The notes: generated by a model from the letters alone, not told the origin. A DNA stretch of 64,000 nucleotides from Raillietiella orientalis (GCA_036172245.1 JAYWIR010000034.1:1922001-1986000), one strand, 5' to 3'. Counted from the first letter of the stretch, positions 36,740-51,135 are shown. Numbers and translations: made by a program.

Positions 36740-38484
36740 CGAATGGAGTCGTTCTCTGAGCAGATCTTTCGATTCCTCCGCCTCATTTTATCCCTTCATC
36801 CCCACTTGAAAGTTCCTTTCGTCTCATGGGCCAAGCATCTCTGAGGGTACTCTGGGCAAACCGAAACCCACACAGACCCTCTGTGCGGAGACTTCCGTTT
36901 ACTTTTACGATCCCCAGCGCGAGGCACAAATTTAACTGATGGGGGGGATCGACGGGGTCGACTTGCATATAAGAGAAAAATTACGTGAAATTTCGGAATT
37001 CCGCTTCCGTTTTCACAGTGTTCGTAGTTTCTCAGCAATATGGCGGCGATATCGAGTTTTTTTTTTTTTTTTTCTTCCCGTGGCGGAGAATTACTGTTCT
37101 TTGGAATTCGTGAATGCACTCCTTGAGTATGTGAAACGAACCCGTTCTAGAACTTATCCAATGGTGAAATTCATCTGATACCTTCGTACTGTGTCTTATC
37201 AAATCGCTCTCTGCGTTTTCGTGCGCAAGGTCGGTCGGGAAAAAAAGAGAAAATAGAAATAAAAATCGCTGCGACATTTCGTGGAAATGCATTTTACATG
37301 CTGCCGTTACTCGCTTAGCACGAATCCTTCGGCCCAAGAACCTGCGTTGTAATTACTTAGATTCGAATACGAATGGAGAAACAAATCCATCCACCCTCAC
37401 ACCACAGGCAGGAAAATGCGACGAAAGAAAATGCAAAGCGAAGAGGAGGGAAGGGGGGGGGGGGTCTCCTTGAAGATTTGCTCCTCAAAGCAAGGAATAA
37501 GGAAAGCCGCACTACACGACTCTTTCCCAGAAGCACACTTTTTAACAGAGAGAGAGAGAGAAAAAGGAAAAAACACGCTTGGGAAAAACGCAACACAAGA
37601 GTGACAAAAAAAAAAAAAAAAAAAACGATCGGAGAGGTTGCGAAGAACCACTCGTAAACCAAGGCATTTCAGACTGCCAGATTTTGCATTCCAGCACTCT
37701 TCCTTGGAGAGGAACTTTTGCTGTGATGCAAACGTCGAAACACAATCAAGGAATTTTGCACACGCATTCTGGGGAAAAGCGAAAGGATTACGAAAAGCAA
37801 CACGGATTAACTGTTATAAAGACAGATGCCAAAGAAGAAGGGAAAAAAAGAAGAAGATACAAGAAAATCATAATTTTTCAAAGTCAAATAAAATAGCATG
37901 GAATCCTGAAATCATCAGAATTTTCTTGGGGACAATCCTACTGTGTATGATGTTTCTTTTGCTTTGCTGATTGCTGAAAAACGAATCTCCCATGATCACA
38001 CTGTACCAGCTGACTGGACAGCAGCCGTACGATACGAAACAACAAAAACAAAAGCCACAAGGAGCAGTTGTGATTCCCGTCGTACGGTTGCACTGAGACC
38101 ACACCAGAATCCTAGCACTCAATCGGAAGCTGCCAACTTCACGGGAAAGCTCTCTCTTCCTGATCTCCATTTGGCCGCCCGTTGCTCTTCCCTTTGGAAG
38201 AGCAACGGGCGGACTTCTTCTTCATCAGTGATCAACCGGGTATTTCGATCTTTTGTACCCTCGCGCCTCCCGAGTTCTCCGCACATGGATTCCATTCGTC
38301 ACAACTCTAGAATTTCGCAAGATGAACGCCACCAAGTGGTCCGCTGGGTCAGCTGGAGGAGCTACCAATCCTGTGAAGACAAGGCCGGTCATAGCAGTCC
38401 TGTGATCGCGGACAAAGTGTCTACAAAAAACAAGGGCGGTTCTTGCAATGCGGCCGACGAGCGTGCAGTTGGAGTGAGTGTCTG

Positions 38485-38486
<2 letters not shown>

Positions 38487-38543
<57 letters not shown>
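38487..38543 (+). repeat. Poly(A) homopolymer, 57 nt
   Basis: Uninterrupted A run seen directly. Confidence 0.95.
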
Positions 38544-38544
<1 letters not shown>

Positions 38545-41500
38545 ATGGCTCGCACGTCAAGTCCGATCCGAAGCAGCAGCACCATTCTTCTGTGGAACCG
38601 AAAGCGAAGTCGGGGGGGGACCTCGCCGATGCAGCCGCACACCCCTGGACCGAAGTGCGAGTCTTTACCGAGCTCATTTCAAATCTCGATGAAACTTCGG
38701 CCTACGACCTACTACACTTGTGTTGCATTTAAATGCACGTGCACTGCACAGCCGATTTTATTTTTCGACAAATCCAGTTCCGAAAAACCCGATGCAGCCT
38801 TCTAAAAGCCAATTTATCAAAATGCTGTTCGCACAACCACCGGTTATCCTGGATTTCTATCGCAAACACGACGAATTCTGATCGTTTCCGTCAAAGAACA
38901 CGCCTTTCGTTTTCGAAATTCCCACTGAGAGATTTCAACATCGTAATGCGAACTGAACACGAAATTTCCTCCCCTATTACGATATGCCTGTCTGTGCAGA
39001 TCACTGATTCAGGACAGGGTTCCCCCCCCCCCCCCACACACACACACACACAGAGCTTCCAGATGACTACTGGATGCTGTGGTTGCCGTGGACATCCAGA
39101 GTTTTCCACGGAAGGCTTCCGTGAATGCTTCCCGCTATCTGATTGATCGGTGGCAAATCATTTTCCAGCAGCCTCCCCGATGTAATTCCAACTGCGCGTT
39201 AACACTGTTCTGTTCACCGATTGAAAAGTGTGCAGTCGAAAGACCGCGCCAACAGGTCTGGAAAAACGTGGCAAACCTGCAGGCCACCCAGCGCTTTCGT
39301 TTTTCTTTTTTTTTCTTCTCCCTTTTTCTCCTTTTTTTTCCAAGGGATCCAAAATGGCGAAGCGGGTGGGGACTTGGTTGCTTCGTAACGGATGAAGAAC
39401 GAATCACATTCGAGGATTCCAGATCTGTTCCCGCTATTCATGGGACTCATTGTTACGACACCGATTGTTCCTCAGCTGCCTCAGGATCGGGCGAGCCTCC
39501 CCAGTTTCCGATGGCAGGCTTGCCAGGTTCTTCCATACATTCCTGATGCTCGCCAGCCACCCTTTGCCGGACGGCAAAGAGATGCACCCACGAGCATTTC
39601 CTCCCCCTCCTACGAGTTTCCGCCGTCTTCGGTTGTTGCTGCGTCTTCGATGCAAGTGCCAAACGCTGTCCCTCGCAAGAGTTTGCAAAGGAAACACAAA
39701 ACCTTAACTGGCTCAAAGATCAATGCATTCCAGCGGAAGTGGGCATTCGGGACGATATCAACGGATCCACGCGTTCGGTTGCTAACATCCGATCCGTAGC
39801 CGAATGCAACTGACAGTTCCTACGCTAGAAAGGGAACACTTGCAAGACGGAAAAGTCAAAACACCGTAAACACACAGATGATGTATGTTTCTCCTAGAAG
39901 AGCCACTCCATAAAAGGAGACGTTACGAACGGACACGTCGACTCTTCCTACGAGTAATTTCAGTGAAATATTAACCGCCCTTCACGGATATGTACTCCTG
40001 GTAAACATTCCCTGGAAAATATCTGAAATAATTGCCGAAGAATGAAAATAAAATGGAGTATACATCGTACACCGAGCGCGCCCTGGACACAAACTGCACC
40101 GCGTAAACACGAGAACGGAGGGAGTGTCTGCTCCGCTGTTTGTGCGCGACTGGAGAATCGCAAAGGCGGAAGCCAAGGCGACTCTCGATCTGGGAACGAA
40201 AACATGCTGGTTGCGACGAAGGTTGCCGTCTCACCCATCTGGAGGAGCTTTCCGACTTCCGGCTCTACCGGTTTCCCGGGAAACCGGGAGAGCCGAAACA
40301 CACAGGAAGCGTACGAGGGGAGAACACGGGAGGTCGGCAAGCAGCGTCCGCGAATCCACGCGCGCGAGGGTTCGTTCCTCCTCTGGTACACGGGGAACGG
40401 AGCTTGGAGAACACAGCCACGGGTCAAGCAAACGCTAAGGTCGGTGCTTCCCTTTATGAAAGAGTTACGGGAACAGGCGGTACGATACTTTGTGATGGAG
40501 CTGCCGCCATTGCCAAGGAGGAAGAAGCAGCAGCTGGACATCCCATTACCAAGCTTCAGTTTCGCGTTCCAGGAAAAACAAATGGACACAGTTGCTTGAC
40601 GACACGGTTCCTGGCTGGCACCACTGACTGAAGTGAAATTTTGCAGCACGTTTTCAACGTGTTGCGGGAGGCGGTGAGCACGATGACCCCAACATTTGCA
40701 TGCTGACGTGAAAATTATCGTACGAAAAGACTTTATGTCAAAAGCAATGGCCATTTCGCAAGCAGCAGCTCCTCCAGGCAAACAAATCCATGAACGTCCG
40801 AGCTTGGAACACTCGTATTTTAAGGCGAGCACGATTCCTCCACGTTACCTTCTTTCGAGATCAAAACAACGTTTGCATGTAAATGCATTCCAAATACAAA
40901 TCGAGCAGGGGCAACACCGGGGAACCCTACGAAAGTGAATTGGGAGCTGGGTGCCGAGTGCGTTGCCTACGACGTGAAACCAGATAGTTCTAGGATCTGG
41001 GAAACGAGAGGAGGGGGGGGGGGGGGGTGAGATTTACATCTTCTGGAGAAGCAAGTCGCTTCCTCCGTAGCACTCGATGGGAACTACGAGTTTACAGCAA
41101 CACAAGCAAGAAGGAAGTTCAGCGATGGAGGGTGGGGCGGGGGGTGGAATCCCTGAGTGTTAACACTTAAGGGAAGGACTTTTTGACATAAAACAGTCCC
41201 CATCGACGAAAATCTTGATCACCACTTTGCCTCTTCTCCCCCTCGGCCCCCTTCCCCTTGTTTCCCTTCCTTTTTTGAATAAAATAATCTTTTATTGGCC
41301 AACTTAAACTTATATGGACGTGAGTGCATTTTAGAATAGCGGATAAACTACGTTCTTTGTAAGGTTCTTTTTTTTTTTTTGGCTCCCGATGATCGGTGGT
41401 AAAAATCGACACGAACAAGGTCACATGAAACTATGCAGAGGAGTTTGAAGGCAGAGATGCTTTTTTCCATGTACGCGAGAACTTCGCACTTCTGATACTG

Positions 41501-44500
41501 AAATAATATCGAGAAAGGGAGATCCTCAAGAGACTTTTTGCAGCTTTTGACATGCATCCTTCTCACCAGATGAGCCCGTTTAGCGTGGGCGCAAGAACTC
41601 ACTGATGCAGCAGCAATTAATGATGAATCGCAGAGACAGAACGCTTTTACAACAGACCGTACAGTTTTTGCATTTTTTTCTTTTCTCCCCCCCTCCCCCC
41701 CCCTCTCTCTTCATTTCCAAGTTGGTTTCTCAGCGCCTACACGTTATACACAATCCGCCCACGCATTCCTATTCTGTGCAGCCAACTGCGCCACAGGCGA
41801 TCCGTCGAGAAAAACCGGAACACCTGGGCACGGGTCTGACAGAAACAGGGATGAATTGGGCGAATTTAAAAATATGGGAAGCGCGATCGGGAGCAACGTA
41901 TGAAAAAAAAAGGGAAAAGGAAGGAAGGAATTAGCGGTCAGGCCGCGACACAACCCGAAGGCCCTCGTTTTTTCAAAGGCCGCAGAGGTGCGCGCGTACA
42001 GACAGGGCTGCAGATGGCACGATATCTACCGTACTGATAACTGATTGCAAATAAAACCGCAGCAGGCAGTGTACACAGCATTTTCAACATGATTATCAAG
42101 GCAACAAAAAGAACAACATCATGCTTATACTGCACGCCTTCGAGGTCTGCACGAGAACCCTCGGGTGAGAGAAAAAGACTACGGAAATAAGAATTACGTA
42201 CCCACATAAGCTTCATATTCTGTTCGCATGTAAGGATCGTTTCCCATCGTGTGGAACGCATGGCCTTTCGGGGAATCGGATGGTTTTTTCATATTCTCCC
42301 AGCTCTATATAAATGGACGCTTATGCAAACACTCACTGCTCGAGCGCCTACCGGGAGCCGCGTTAGGATATTTGCTAAATCGGAAACTGGCCCTTTGCCA
42401 ACGCCGGCGAACTCTCCAGATATCCGAATCGCAGGATGACCAACCGCTTCGGAGCATTTCCCGTGATTTCCGCTCTCCATCAGAAATAAAAAATCTTCTC
42501 AGCTAACACACACAAACAAAAAACAACTCGAAAACCGAAAAACTGTTTATGCATGGTGCAAAGGCTGTTTATACATACATTTATCTACGCACATTCATCG
42601 TGCATACACGAGAAATACAGGCGCGCACACACACAAAAAGCCCTTTCATGCAATAAACTGAAAATCTTGAATAACTGTGTACGATTTTTTGAAACTTATA
42701 AACAAATAAATTAGAATGCAAAAAAAAATTGACCCTCAACACATCCTAAAATAAACTGCATACACTCTTTAAAAAAAAAAAAAAAAAAAAATCGGCTGCA
42801 CCTCACGAGCATATTTCAAGTAATGGAAAATCGAGAAAAAATCCATGGAGATCTAGGAGAAAAAGAAAAACGCCCAACCGGTAAACGTGATCACATTCAA
42901 CCCATTTGCTGTCCTTTTAAGGAAGACTTGGAAAAACAAATATTCGTTTCCACTGTCTGTCCCGTATAAACAAATTCGGTGGAATTGGGCCATTTTCCGC
43001 CACATTCCACTCCTTCGCCTGAATGCCCTACGAATTTTCAACACGCTTGTTGGCACCGCATAGCTGTGCATTAGCAGCAAGAAGCAATCCTTGCATCACG
43101 AATAACTGCATCAAATAGCAACAGCAGATCTTGCTGTTTCAGTGGTCGCCGCCTTCGGCTGATCTTCAGGCACCAATTGCGATTGGTAATCATGGTAGAA
43201 ATGCCAGGAAGGGCTCTGATAGATTCCTGCAAACGTGATTGAGAAACTGGTGAAAGAACCATTTTGGACGACTTGCAATTGCGGGGAAAAAGATTCACGA
43301 GATGAACAAAAATTCATGTTTTAATTTTCTGCTTTTCTACTCGTTTTTGTTTTTGTTTTTTTATTCCAAACGATCGCTCTGCTTCTGAAAAGATCCTTCG
43401 ACGAAACCATTTCTTTCACCCATCTGAATCCTTCTTGGCCTTGCTTATAATGACTGCAGGAGGCATCATCATCATCCAGCGCAATTACTTCCTCCTCCCG
43501 GTTTGCTGCACGTACCTGCTGCAGTCCTGGAGCCAGCAATAACACCAGGGAGTCGCGTACCAGGAGACTTCGTGATTCTCCTTTTATCACGAGATCCTCG
43601 GTCCTTCCTCCAGCCGCAAGCCTCACATTTTTTTTTTCCGGATTTTTCCAGGGAGGTTCGTGGATTGCGGACGGCGGTCCTTTAGCGTTTTACGGCGCGT
43701 CATGCACTTTGGACGCATGTCGTCACGCCTTCAGGGCTTCCTAATAACCATCATTTCACAGACTTTCGGTACTCACTTGGGACACTCCTGCACCTAGGGG
43801 ACAGCCCGCTCTCGGTTGATCGCAATCCACGCGCGCACGCATTCAACCAGGGTTTACGGAAACACCGGCGTGCCACCGAACAAACCCGATCGGTCCAGAT
43901 CGCTTCCGGCTGGAACCCGGCTTCTTGAATAACGAAATACGTCGCATCGACTGGTCAGGAGCACCCTAGATGCGTCCGGTCGAGCATCACGTTGCCGCGT
44001 GCCGACAGCCGAGGCGCTCCAATCAATAAGCCACACTGTAAGAACAGTTCGGATTTCCCAGAGAGTTCTCCTAATGGGATTCGATGCATCCATCAGCCCG
44101 CTTCGCCGTACGTGACGCTTGCCCGGAGTGGATCCGTGGACACACGCGATAGCATCTCGTTGCAGCCATGGGAAAGCCACGAAACCGAGAAATCTTACGA
44201 CTCTCTCTCTCTCTCTTTTGCGTTTTTAAACAGAGATTTTCGCACGAACCAAAAAGGGAAGGTGGAGAAGAAGAAAAAACACACGAGGACGGGCACCCGC
44301 GTAAATGTGCGGTGCTACTGGATCCGTGTTGGCCCAGTCTTGGACTTTTTCCAGGAGGAAAGGTATGCAATGCGTGATCTCCGGGACGGGCCTGGGAGGA
44401 CGCGACTTTTAAGGAACGGACTGCGATTCCCTTCATCTGCACGCGGGAAACGTGCCGTCCCTTTGGGTCCAGTGTGCCAAAACACCGTGCATTCCATCGT

Positions 44501-46849
44501 ACATGACCCACCTTTGTTTACACGAAACGACATTCACTTAACCAAATTGCCATCATTAAATAATTCCCTTTTTTTTTTTTTTTTTCTTTAACGCAGCCTT
44601 CGGCTCGAACGGATCCTTCCAACTCTTCCTCGTCAAACAAAGCGCTCTCGGTCCTGATTCGCCGAAGACGGGAGCGACCTTCCCGAGTCGGGATGAGAAC
44701 AAGAAAAGATCCTTCGCACCGACTCCAAGCAGGAAGCGACTCCGCCGCTCCTTACACGCGCACGCACACGTTGCGTTCGGCATGGACCCGCGCGGAGAAC
44801 AGTCCGACGGAGGGCAGAAAGTCCCCCACGAGGGCAAAGGGCAACCAGTGGGGCGCGGTGACATCTTCCGGCGTCCCCCGCGAAGTGCCTGTTCACACTC
44901 TGAGGGCCGCTGCGTGCATTTTCTTGAGCCCCGTTGCAGCAGCGGACCGCTTTCCGCCCATTTGAACACGCACAGGACACGTGACTTCAGGACACTTCCT
45001 TTTTCTAACAAACAAACACTTGAATACGCGCGGAGCGACACAGCAGTCGCAGTGCCGCGCGCGCACCCCTTGGGAGAAGACGGGGAAAAATCCGCCAGAG
45101 TGACGGTCGACGCGCTTCCGGTGGTCCACCCCTACGCCGACTCTGGCGTTTCCGAGCCGGGACGTTTCCCCCCGCGCCGAAAGGCCGCCCTCTTCGTCGT
45201 CTCGCCCCGCTTGCGTCCGTCGCCCGGGCACTGCGTTTGCCGCTGGCCCGTGCATCGCGACAGACGGTGGGGTTTCCCCGTCCGTTGCCCTCTCTGCTTC
45301 CCCGTGGCACCGGGTTCCCGGCTCTGCTTCCTCCCACATAGCCCTTGCCCGTCCTCCGTCCCGATCGGCCGAGACCCCAAGCAACCGCGGCCCCGGGGAG
45401 CGAACTCCTCCCGCCGCCGCCGCCGCCGCTACTGCGCCCATTTTCCCCTGGGGCACCCGGCTCCCCGTTACGCGCGAAGGCCCCTTCCACGTAGTCGCTG
45501 CGCCTTCCTCCGCGGGCTGCGAGGAGGGGATAGAGTGACTCCCTCCCGTCGCCTCGCGCACTTGCGCGTCGCAGCACGCGCACCGCGGGCAAGACCATCC
45601 GAGTGCCGCGGTCTTTCCTCTTCCTACTGCCCGTCCAGTCGCCCAGGCGGCCCTTTCGAACGCCTCTGATCGACCAACGGAACGCCCCGCCCTGGCCGTC
45701 TGCGGTTCCCGATCGCACAGCTCTTCCCCCGTGGAGCTACGTGTCTCCGACACGCCGACTTCACCGACTCCCAACGTCAGCGCACCCGGGGATCCGACTC
45801 GTGCGGGGGCGTCTCCTGACTTTGATGACGAGTGCTCTCAATCTGCGAGGCGGCGGCACGTACCTCACGCGAGTAGCGGAGCTTCTTGCAAAACGCACGC
45901 CCCCTCCTCCCCTCCCCCTCCCCGCCCAAAATAAACCAACAAAGCAAACGGAACGCATCCTCCAGTGTCCGCCATGACGACTGCCAGCGAATGCGCTCGC
46001 GGGGCCTGGGACGGAAGGATGCCGCCTGCTCTCCTTCTGAGTGCGCCAATCATGCCCAGGGAGTCGAATGGGTTTCCTGGCGCGAGCAGCACGGCTGCGT
46101 CCCCCCCCCCCCCCCCCCCAGTGTCGAGACCCCACGTCACATTCTTCGCCAGACGTGTTGTCCGCGAGCCCGGTGACCCCTAGGCACCCGCGTGCGCCGC
46201 TTGCCCGCCATCGCCGTCCTCGTTGCGCTGTCCGAGCCCACGCCTCGTCACGGGGAGGAAGCTCCGGAAACTTCGAGGTTCCTTGAAACTCGGGTTCCGT
46301 TCCCCCTTGTCTGCAGCGGCGGCGGCGAGAGGCCCGGCTAGTTCGAGAGGTTCATTCCCGGGGACAAGTCCCGTCCGGAAGACATCCAACGCTTTCCGGT
46401 TCTCTTTTGGCAGCATCGGCGAATTCCTCTTCCGCTTCCTGCCCTCTGCTTCCCCCTCTCTCCAAAGGGATCCCGAAATTTCCTCCGACCTTGCCGAGAT
46501 TCTCTTCTTTGCTTGGTTTCCCGGACGCAGCGTCTCCTGCCTTCGATCCCAACGACGCCCGCACCTCCTCGCTGCTGCTGGACTCTTCCTCACCTTCTTT
46601 TTCCGAGCGTCGGACGACCTCTGAACCGTCCGGGAGTCCCTGGTTCGTTTCCCTGGTTCGGACCCCGAGCGACTATTTACGGTTTTCGACCCCAAGACTC
46701 CTCCTGGAAAAAAGAGACCACGGCCGCTAGCGCACTTTCTTTCTTTCGGGTTTTCTTTGGTTGGTTCGCTTCGCACTCAAAAATCTGTGCGGAAGGGGGC
46801 GTCACGAAACTCTTTGACACCATCCACGCCACCCGAGGGTGCGTGTGAT

Positions 46850-49800
46850 TCTTCAGGTCAGGGGGTGACCTCGAGAGGGGCCACTCCATGAGTCCAGGAA
46901 GGCTCCAGAGGAAGGAGTTCGTTCCCTCTCTTACGCTCGGGAGGAGGGAACCCTGAAAAGGAACAACTCTTCCTCATTCTCTCCGGAAAGACCCTCTGGT
47001 TCTAAGGGACCTCTCCTCTTTCTACTCTTCCGGAGGGAATCCCCCAAAGGGGAACCGCTCCCGGTTTCCTCTTCCCTCCGAAGAGAATCCCGGAGGGAAG
47101 CTTCCCGATTTCGCTGGAGGGCGCACCTGTAACCCTCTGGAGACGCAACCCAGGAAGAGGGGCATCACGCAGCTCCATGGAATGCGATGGGGGGACGCCC
47201 CAAGAGGAGGGGACGACTGCTTTTTCACAACTGGAGGGGAACAGCCCCGGAGAGCTCCTCGGTTCCCGAAAGCACCCCGGAGGCCAGACAACGGGGGCAT
47301 CCTCCAGTGCCGCCAGCGCGTCCGAGTAGGTCAACCAGCGCCATCCTGCGGGGGACACTCGAAACCCACGGCGCCTCCCCCCTGTTGACCCGGGTGGAAT
47401 GCAAACCCGCGGCGCCGCGTGAAGAGGCCGCGGTGCCGCACGGCCGCCAACGTGTCCACCCCTAGTCCGCGTGCAAAGGACACCACTTCCACGCGGGACC
47501 CTGGGCACCACGTCGCTTTCCTGGTGGGCATGCCCCTTATTCCCTGCTTAGGAGACAGATTTCCCGGACGCGAACTTGGCGTTCACTTTCGCGAATGTCC
47601 GGTACCACCATCCCCTCCCCCCCCCTTACGTTCCTGGAGCCGCACCCTCCTACTTCGGCTCCTCCTCCCGTCCCCACCCCCGCCTTTTCAGGCTGGGGGC
47701 GTTGTCCCAACCTGCGCCGGGGACGAGGGAGGGAGAGAGCCCCCTCCGGCGCTCCCTCAGGAGCGAACGTAGCCAAGCCAAAACGCCCCACCTGCGCGTC
47801 GCGGGGAAAAGTGGGTCAGGATCTCCGGTATTCCTGTTCGCTGCAGGGGTATTTTTAACTCCTTCGTCTCGCAGGATCCCAGCCTCTCTCGTGGCCCCCG
47901 TTCTGGGTGCGGCTCCGGCTGCTTCTTCAGAAACGCACAATCCTGTCCACTCTTCCCCGGTGGGAAAGTACCTGACCCTGCTGCGCGGGATCTCTTGATC
48001 TCCTCCTCCTTGACCTTTCTCCCCAGGATACCTGGGAAAAGATGTGCTCAGGCACCCCCGGCGGATCCGTGAACGATGATCGACGGGAACGAACAGATCC
48101 GACCTTCCTCCTGCAGCAAGACCTGGTGGTCACCTCAGAGACAGCTGCTCCCGCGCCTGTTCCCTCGACGCGGCTGCTCAGCACCTCCCCAGCCCGGCCT
48201 CGCCCCCTCTCCGAGCCCGAGTCCCCCAGCACCTCGGAGATCGGGGAAGACCCCGCCTCGGGCGCCGAATCCCATGAAGCGAGGCGGTTCGCAAAGAGGC
48301 AGCGGCAACGGCAGGCAGGAAGAGCCCTGGCACTGGCGGTCGCATTCCCAGCACGACCCCAAGGGGTCAGACCTGCCCCGACTTGTTCCTTAGCTGGTGG
48401 AGCGTTCCGCATCGCCGCGCCCGGCGATCGCCCGGTCGAGGAGGAACCCGCGTTTGTCATCGGCCGTTTCCCCGCGGGGTTCTCTCTCTCTCTCGCGCGC
48501 GCGCAATCCGTTCTCGCCCAGCCGCTCCGAGGTCATCGTCTGCACTGGATTTCGGGATACGGCGGATCCTCCCCAGCTGCCCAGCGCCCCTCCTTACGTC
48601 TTTCTGCGGCGCCGCCGGGCACGGCCGACCTGCCCCCAAGTCCGCCGCAAAGGATTCCCGGGTTCTCCGCGCTGGGTGCGGCTGGACGCGGAAGCGAGCG
48701 GGACGCAGCCCTCCGGGCCCTCGGGACGCCTCGCGGAGGGTCCCTCCACGCGCTTCGCTCCCCGTCACGAAGACTCTCGTCAACGTCAGCTGCCACCACC
48801 ACCCGCTCACCGATCTTCTGCATCTCCTGCGCGGCGTTCCAGCTTCCCGGGAGCCAAGGACCACAGGCAAAGACGTCCGGACCAGCAGAAGCGACGGGGG
48901 CCTTTCTGCAAGAAGCGACAGCCCCAGCGATGTCTTTCTGGAACCCGCAGAACGCAAGTCGCCCCACTTGACCAAAGGCCAGAGCGTAGGAAGGAAGACC
49001 GCCTATGGGGGAGTCCCTTGCCCGTCTGCTAGAGACGCTCACTTCGTCCCACTCTTTTGCGTCCGTGCCAGAACTGCCGCCCAGAAGAGACGAAAGGAGG
49101 CGGGAGGAGGAAGGGGAGGAGCGCATTCCTCTCGACCCACGGTGGAGCGCGGTCTTTTCGAAGGAGGGCCTGCAGCACGCAGGACCGACTTTCCACCGCG
49201 CGCGCGCTTCCGTGGAGCCGAGATGTCACAGCGACGGCGCTCATGCACAGATCCTTCCTACTTCTCAACTCATGACGGAAGGGAGGGGGGGTGCCTCTGG
49301 CAAGGAAAAGAGAGCTGACCATTCACCGACGGAGGCGCATGACCGGTTTGCATGCTCGCGCTGTCCAGAGTCCGCAGCCGCACCCGATTTCTCCAGCCGT
49401 CGTTTCTTCCTTCCTTTATACATCCAATCGCTCAACCTTCGCCTCCCTCATGGTGGAGCGAAGTGGTGTGGCCGGAAGCCGCGCAGAGACCCCTTGAGGG
49501 TTCCGACGACCCGATTGGTACAGCAAACGACTGCGTCGAGTGAACACGTACTTTGGAGTGCGCGCGCGCTCTGGTGGGCTGCTCACTGCGGGCAGCAGAC
49601 CGGCGCGGCCCAGGCAGTGCACACTCGGCGTTCCGCAGCCAGACCGCGCACGCCATCCTCCGCTTCAGGTCGTCCTTGTGTGCGTGCGTGCGTGCGATGG
49701 GGGTTCGGACCGTCCCGTCGCTATTCGGGTCATTCCCCTAGGCCCCCAGAGATGCCACATCGAGCGCGACGACTCGACCCCCGTTCCGGAGCGGCAGCAC

Positions 49801-50900
49801 CTATACCCCGATTATGTCCGGTCGACGACACCCCGGCACAGGCTGGATGCACGCTCCCGGCTCCCGCTCTAACCGAATGCCTCAACGATGATGACCTTTC
49901 CGGCGCCGAACGCACCCTCCACGCACGTGGTCCGCATCGCTTCTTACAGGCGCCCGGCTCAGGCAGACGGGAGGGGGGAGGGCAGCATACAGGAAGCGGC
50001 AATGGAGGAATTGCGGGCGATCCCCCTGTGGGCAGCCGTCGAATAACGGGAGTCCGGAGTTCCAGCAGCCTAAATTTCCCATGCGGCGGGAAAGGAAGGG
50101 GGAGGAGCGTGGCGTGGCTGGGATCTGCGCGGGGATGCCCAAACGATCCAGAAGGGTCAGGCAAAAACGAGACCTCGACGGTTTTGAGGCGGCTGGATTC
50201 GACAGCTGGACCCGCCCCCAGCCACCCAAGAATCGACCGCGAGACAACATGCCTCCTCCCATCCGGCACCCGAAAGCTTTTACGGGGCATCCGACGAAGA
50301 AAGGAAAGTTGCCGTGTGGTGAGCCAGTGAATGCAGTAGAGGAAAAAAGACAGTCAGTCCTGTCCGCTTCTCGTCGCGGAGGCAACGCCCCGAATATCAG
50401 ACTCGCCGACATCTGCTTCCAGGAGGAAGAGAGAACATCGAGGCGCCTCTTCGACGCCTAGTGGTTGGATGGTGTGTGGTTGGTATTTCAGTGGACGGTT
50501 CTGTTTGGTCCGTGTCGTTCCCGATGAGAGCACGACTAGTCCAAGTCATCTGGGCGGGAACACTGCCCGAGTGGCTCGTTCCTGCGCTTGGAGAAAGTGG
50601 ATCCCCTGAACGGTGCCACTTCGCGGGCACCAGCGCGCAGACTGCCACTCCAGCGAGTGGCTTCCTCTACCGGAAGGAAGCGGGGGCTTTTCTGAAGTGC
50701 TACAAACGCCGTCAGTAACGGTAGGTGGAATCGCAAGAAGGCGGTGTTGCTTGCGAAGAAAACACTCAATTACACGTGCAACGCTCTCCGCTGGACAATG
50801 AGAATGGAAGAGTCGTGCTACGCTCTCGACTGCCGCACTTTCAAGGCGCGTCCGCATCCGGCAAGACTGTGGGTGACCACCTGAAGGGAGGAAGGGGGGG
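46850..50900 (-). mobile_element. Degenerate L1/Tx1-like ORF2 (RT to C-terminal zinc finger)
   Basis: On the minus strand, collinear: AIPPTVTDGV (~50720), TDCLFSSTAFTGSPH (~50340, cf. DxxKAFDxVxH), GCPQGD (~50030), RSDADHV (~49935, cf. YADD), PIGGLP (~49010, cf. GGLG) and CPRCLASG..TEE (~47290, zf-RVT-like). Confidence 0.62.
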
Positions 50901-51135
50901 AACTTGCTGGTTGTGAACCTTTTTGTGTGTTTCACCTCGCCTTTGCACAGAACGCCCCAAGACGTTCGATGAATGATCTCTCTCCATCATTCACTTCATG
51001 CGACACAGCTCACTCTCTCTACAATGTACGATGGAGCCAGGGCTCGCAGCCATCTTGTTTGTGATGCTCTGATCGCTGGGTGATGCATCGAAAACCACCG
51101 CGAGCTTTTTTGGGACTTGACGAGTTCTGCATGTC

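Noticed and set aside
37943..38805. Poly-Lys and poly-Phe ORFs
   Set aside because: Artefacts of the A57 homopolymer.
49005..50330. 441-codon ORF on the + strand, the longest in the window
   Set aside because: It is Arg/Pro/Ala/Gly-rich, has no domain, and lies antisense to the degenerate RT. Stop scarcity in very GC-rich DNA explains it.
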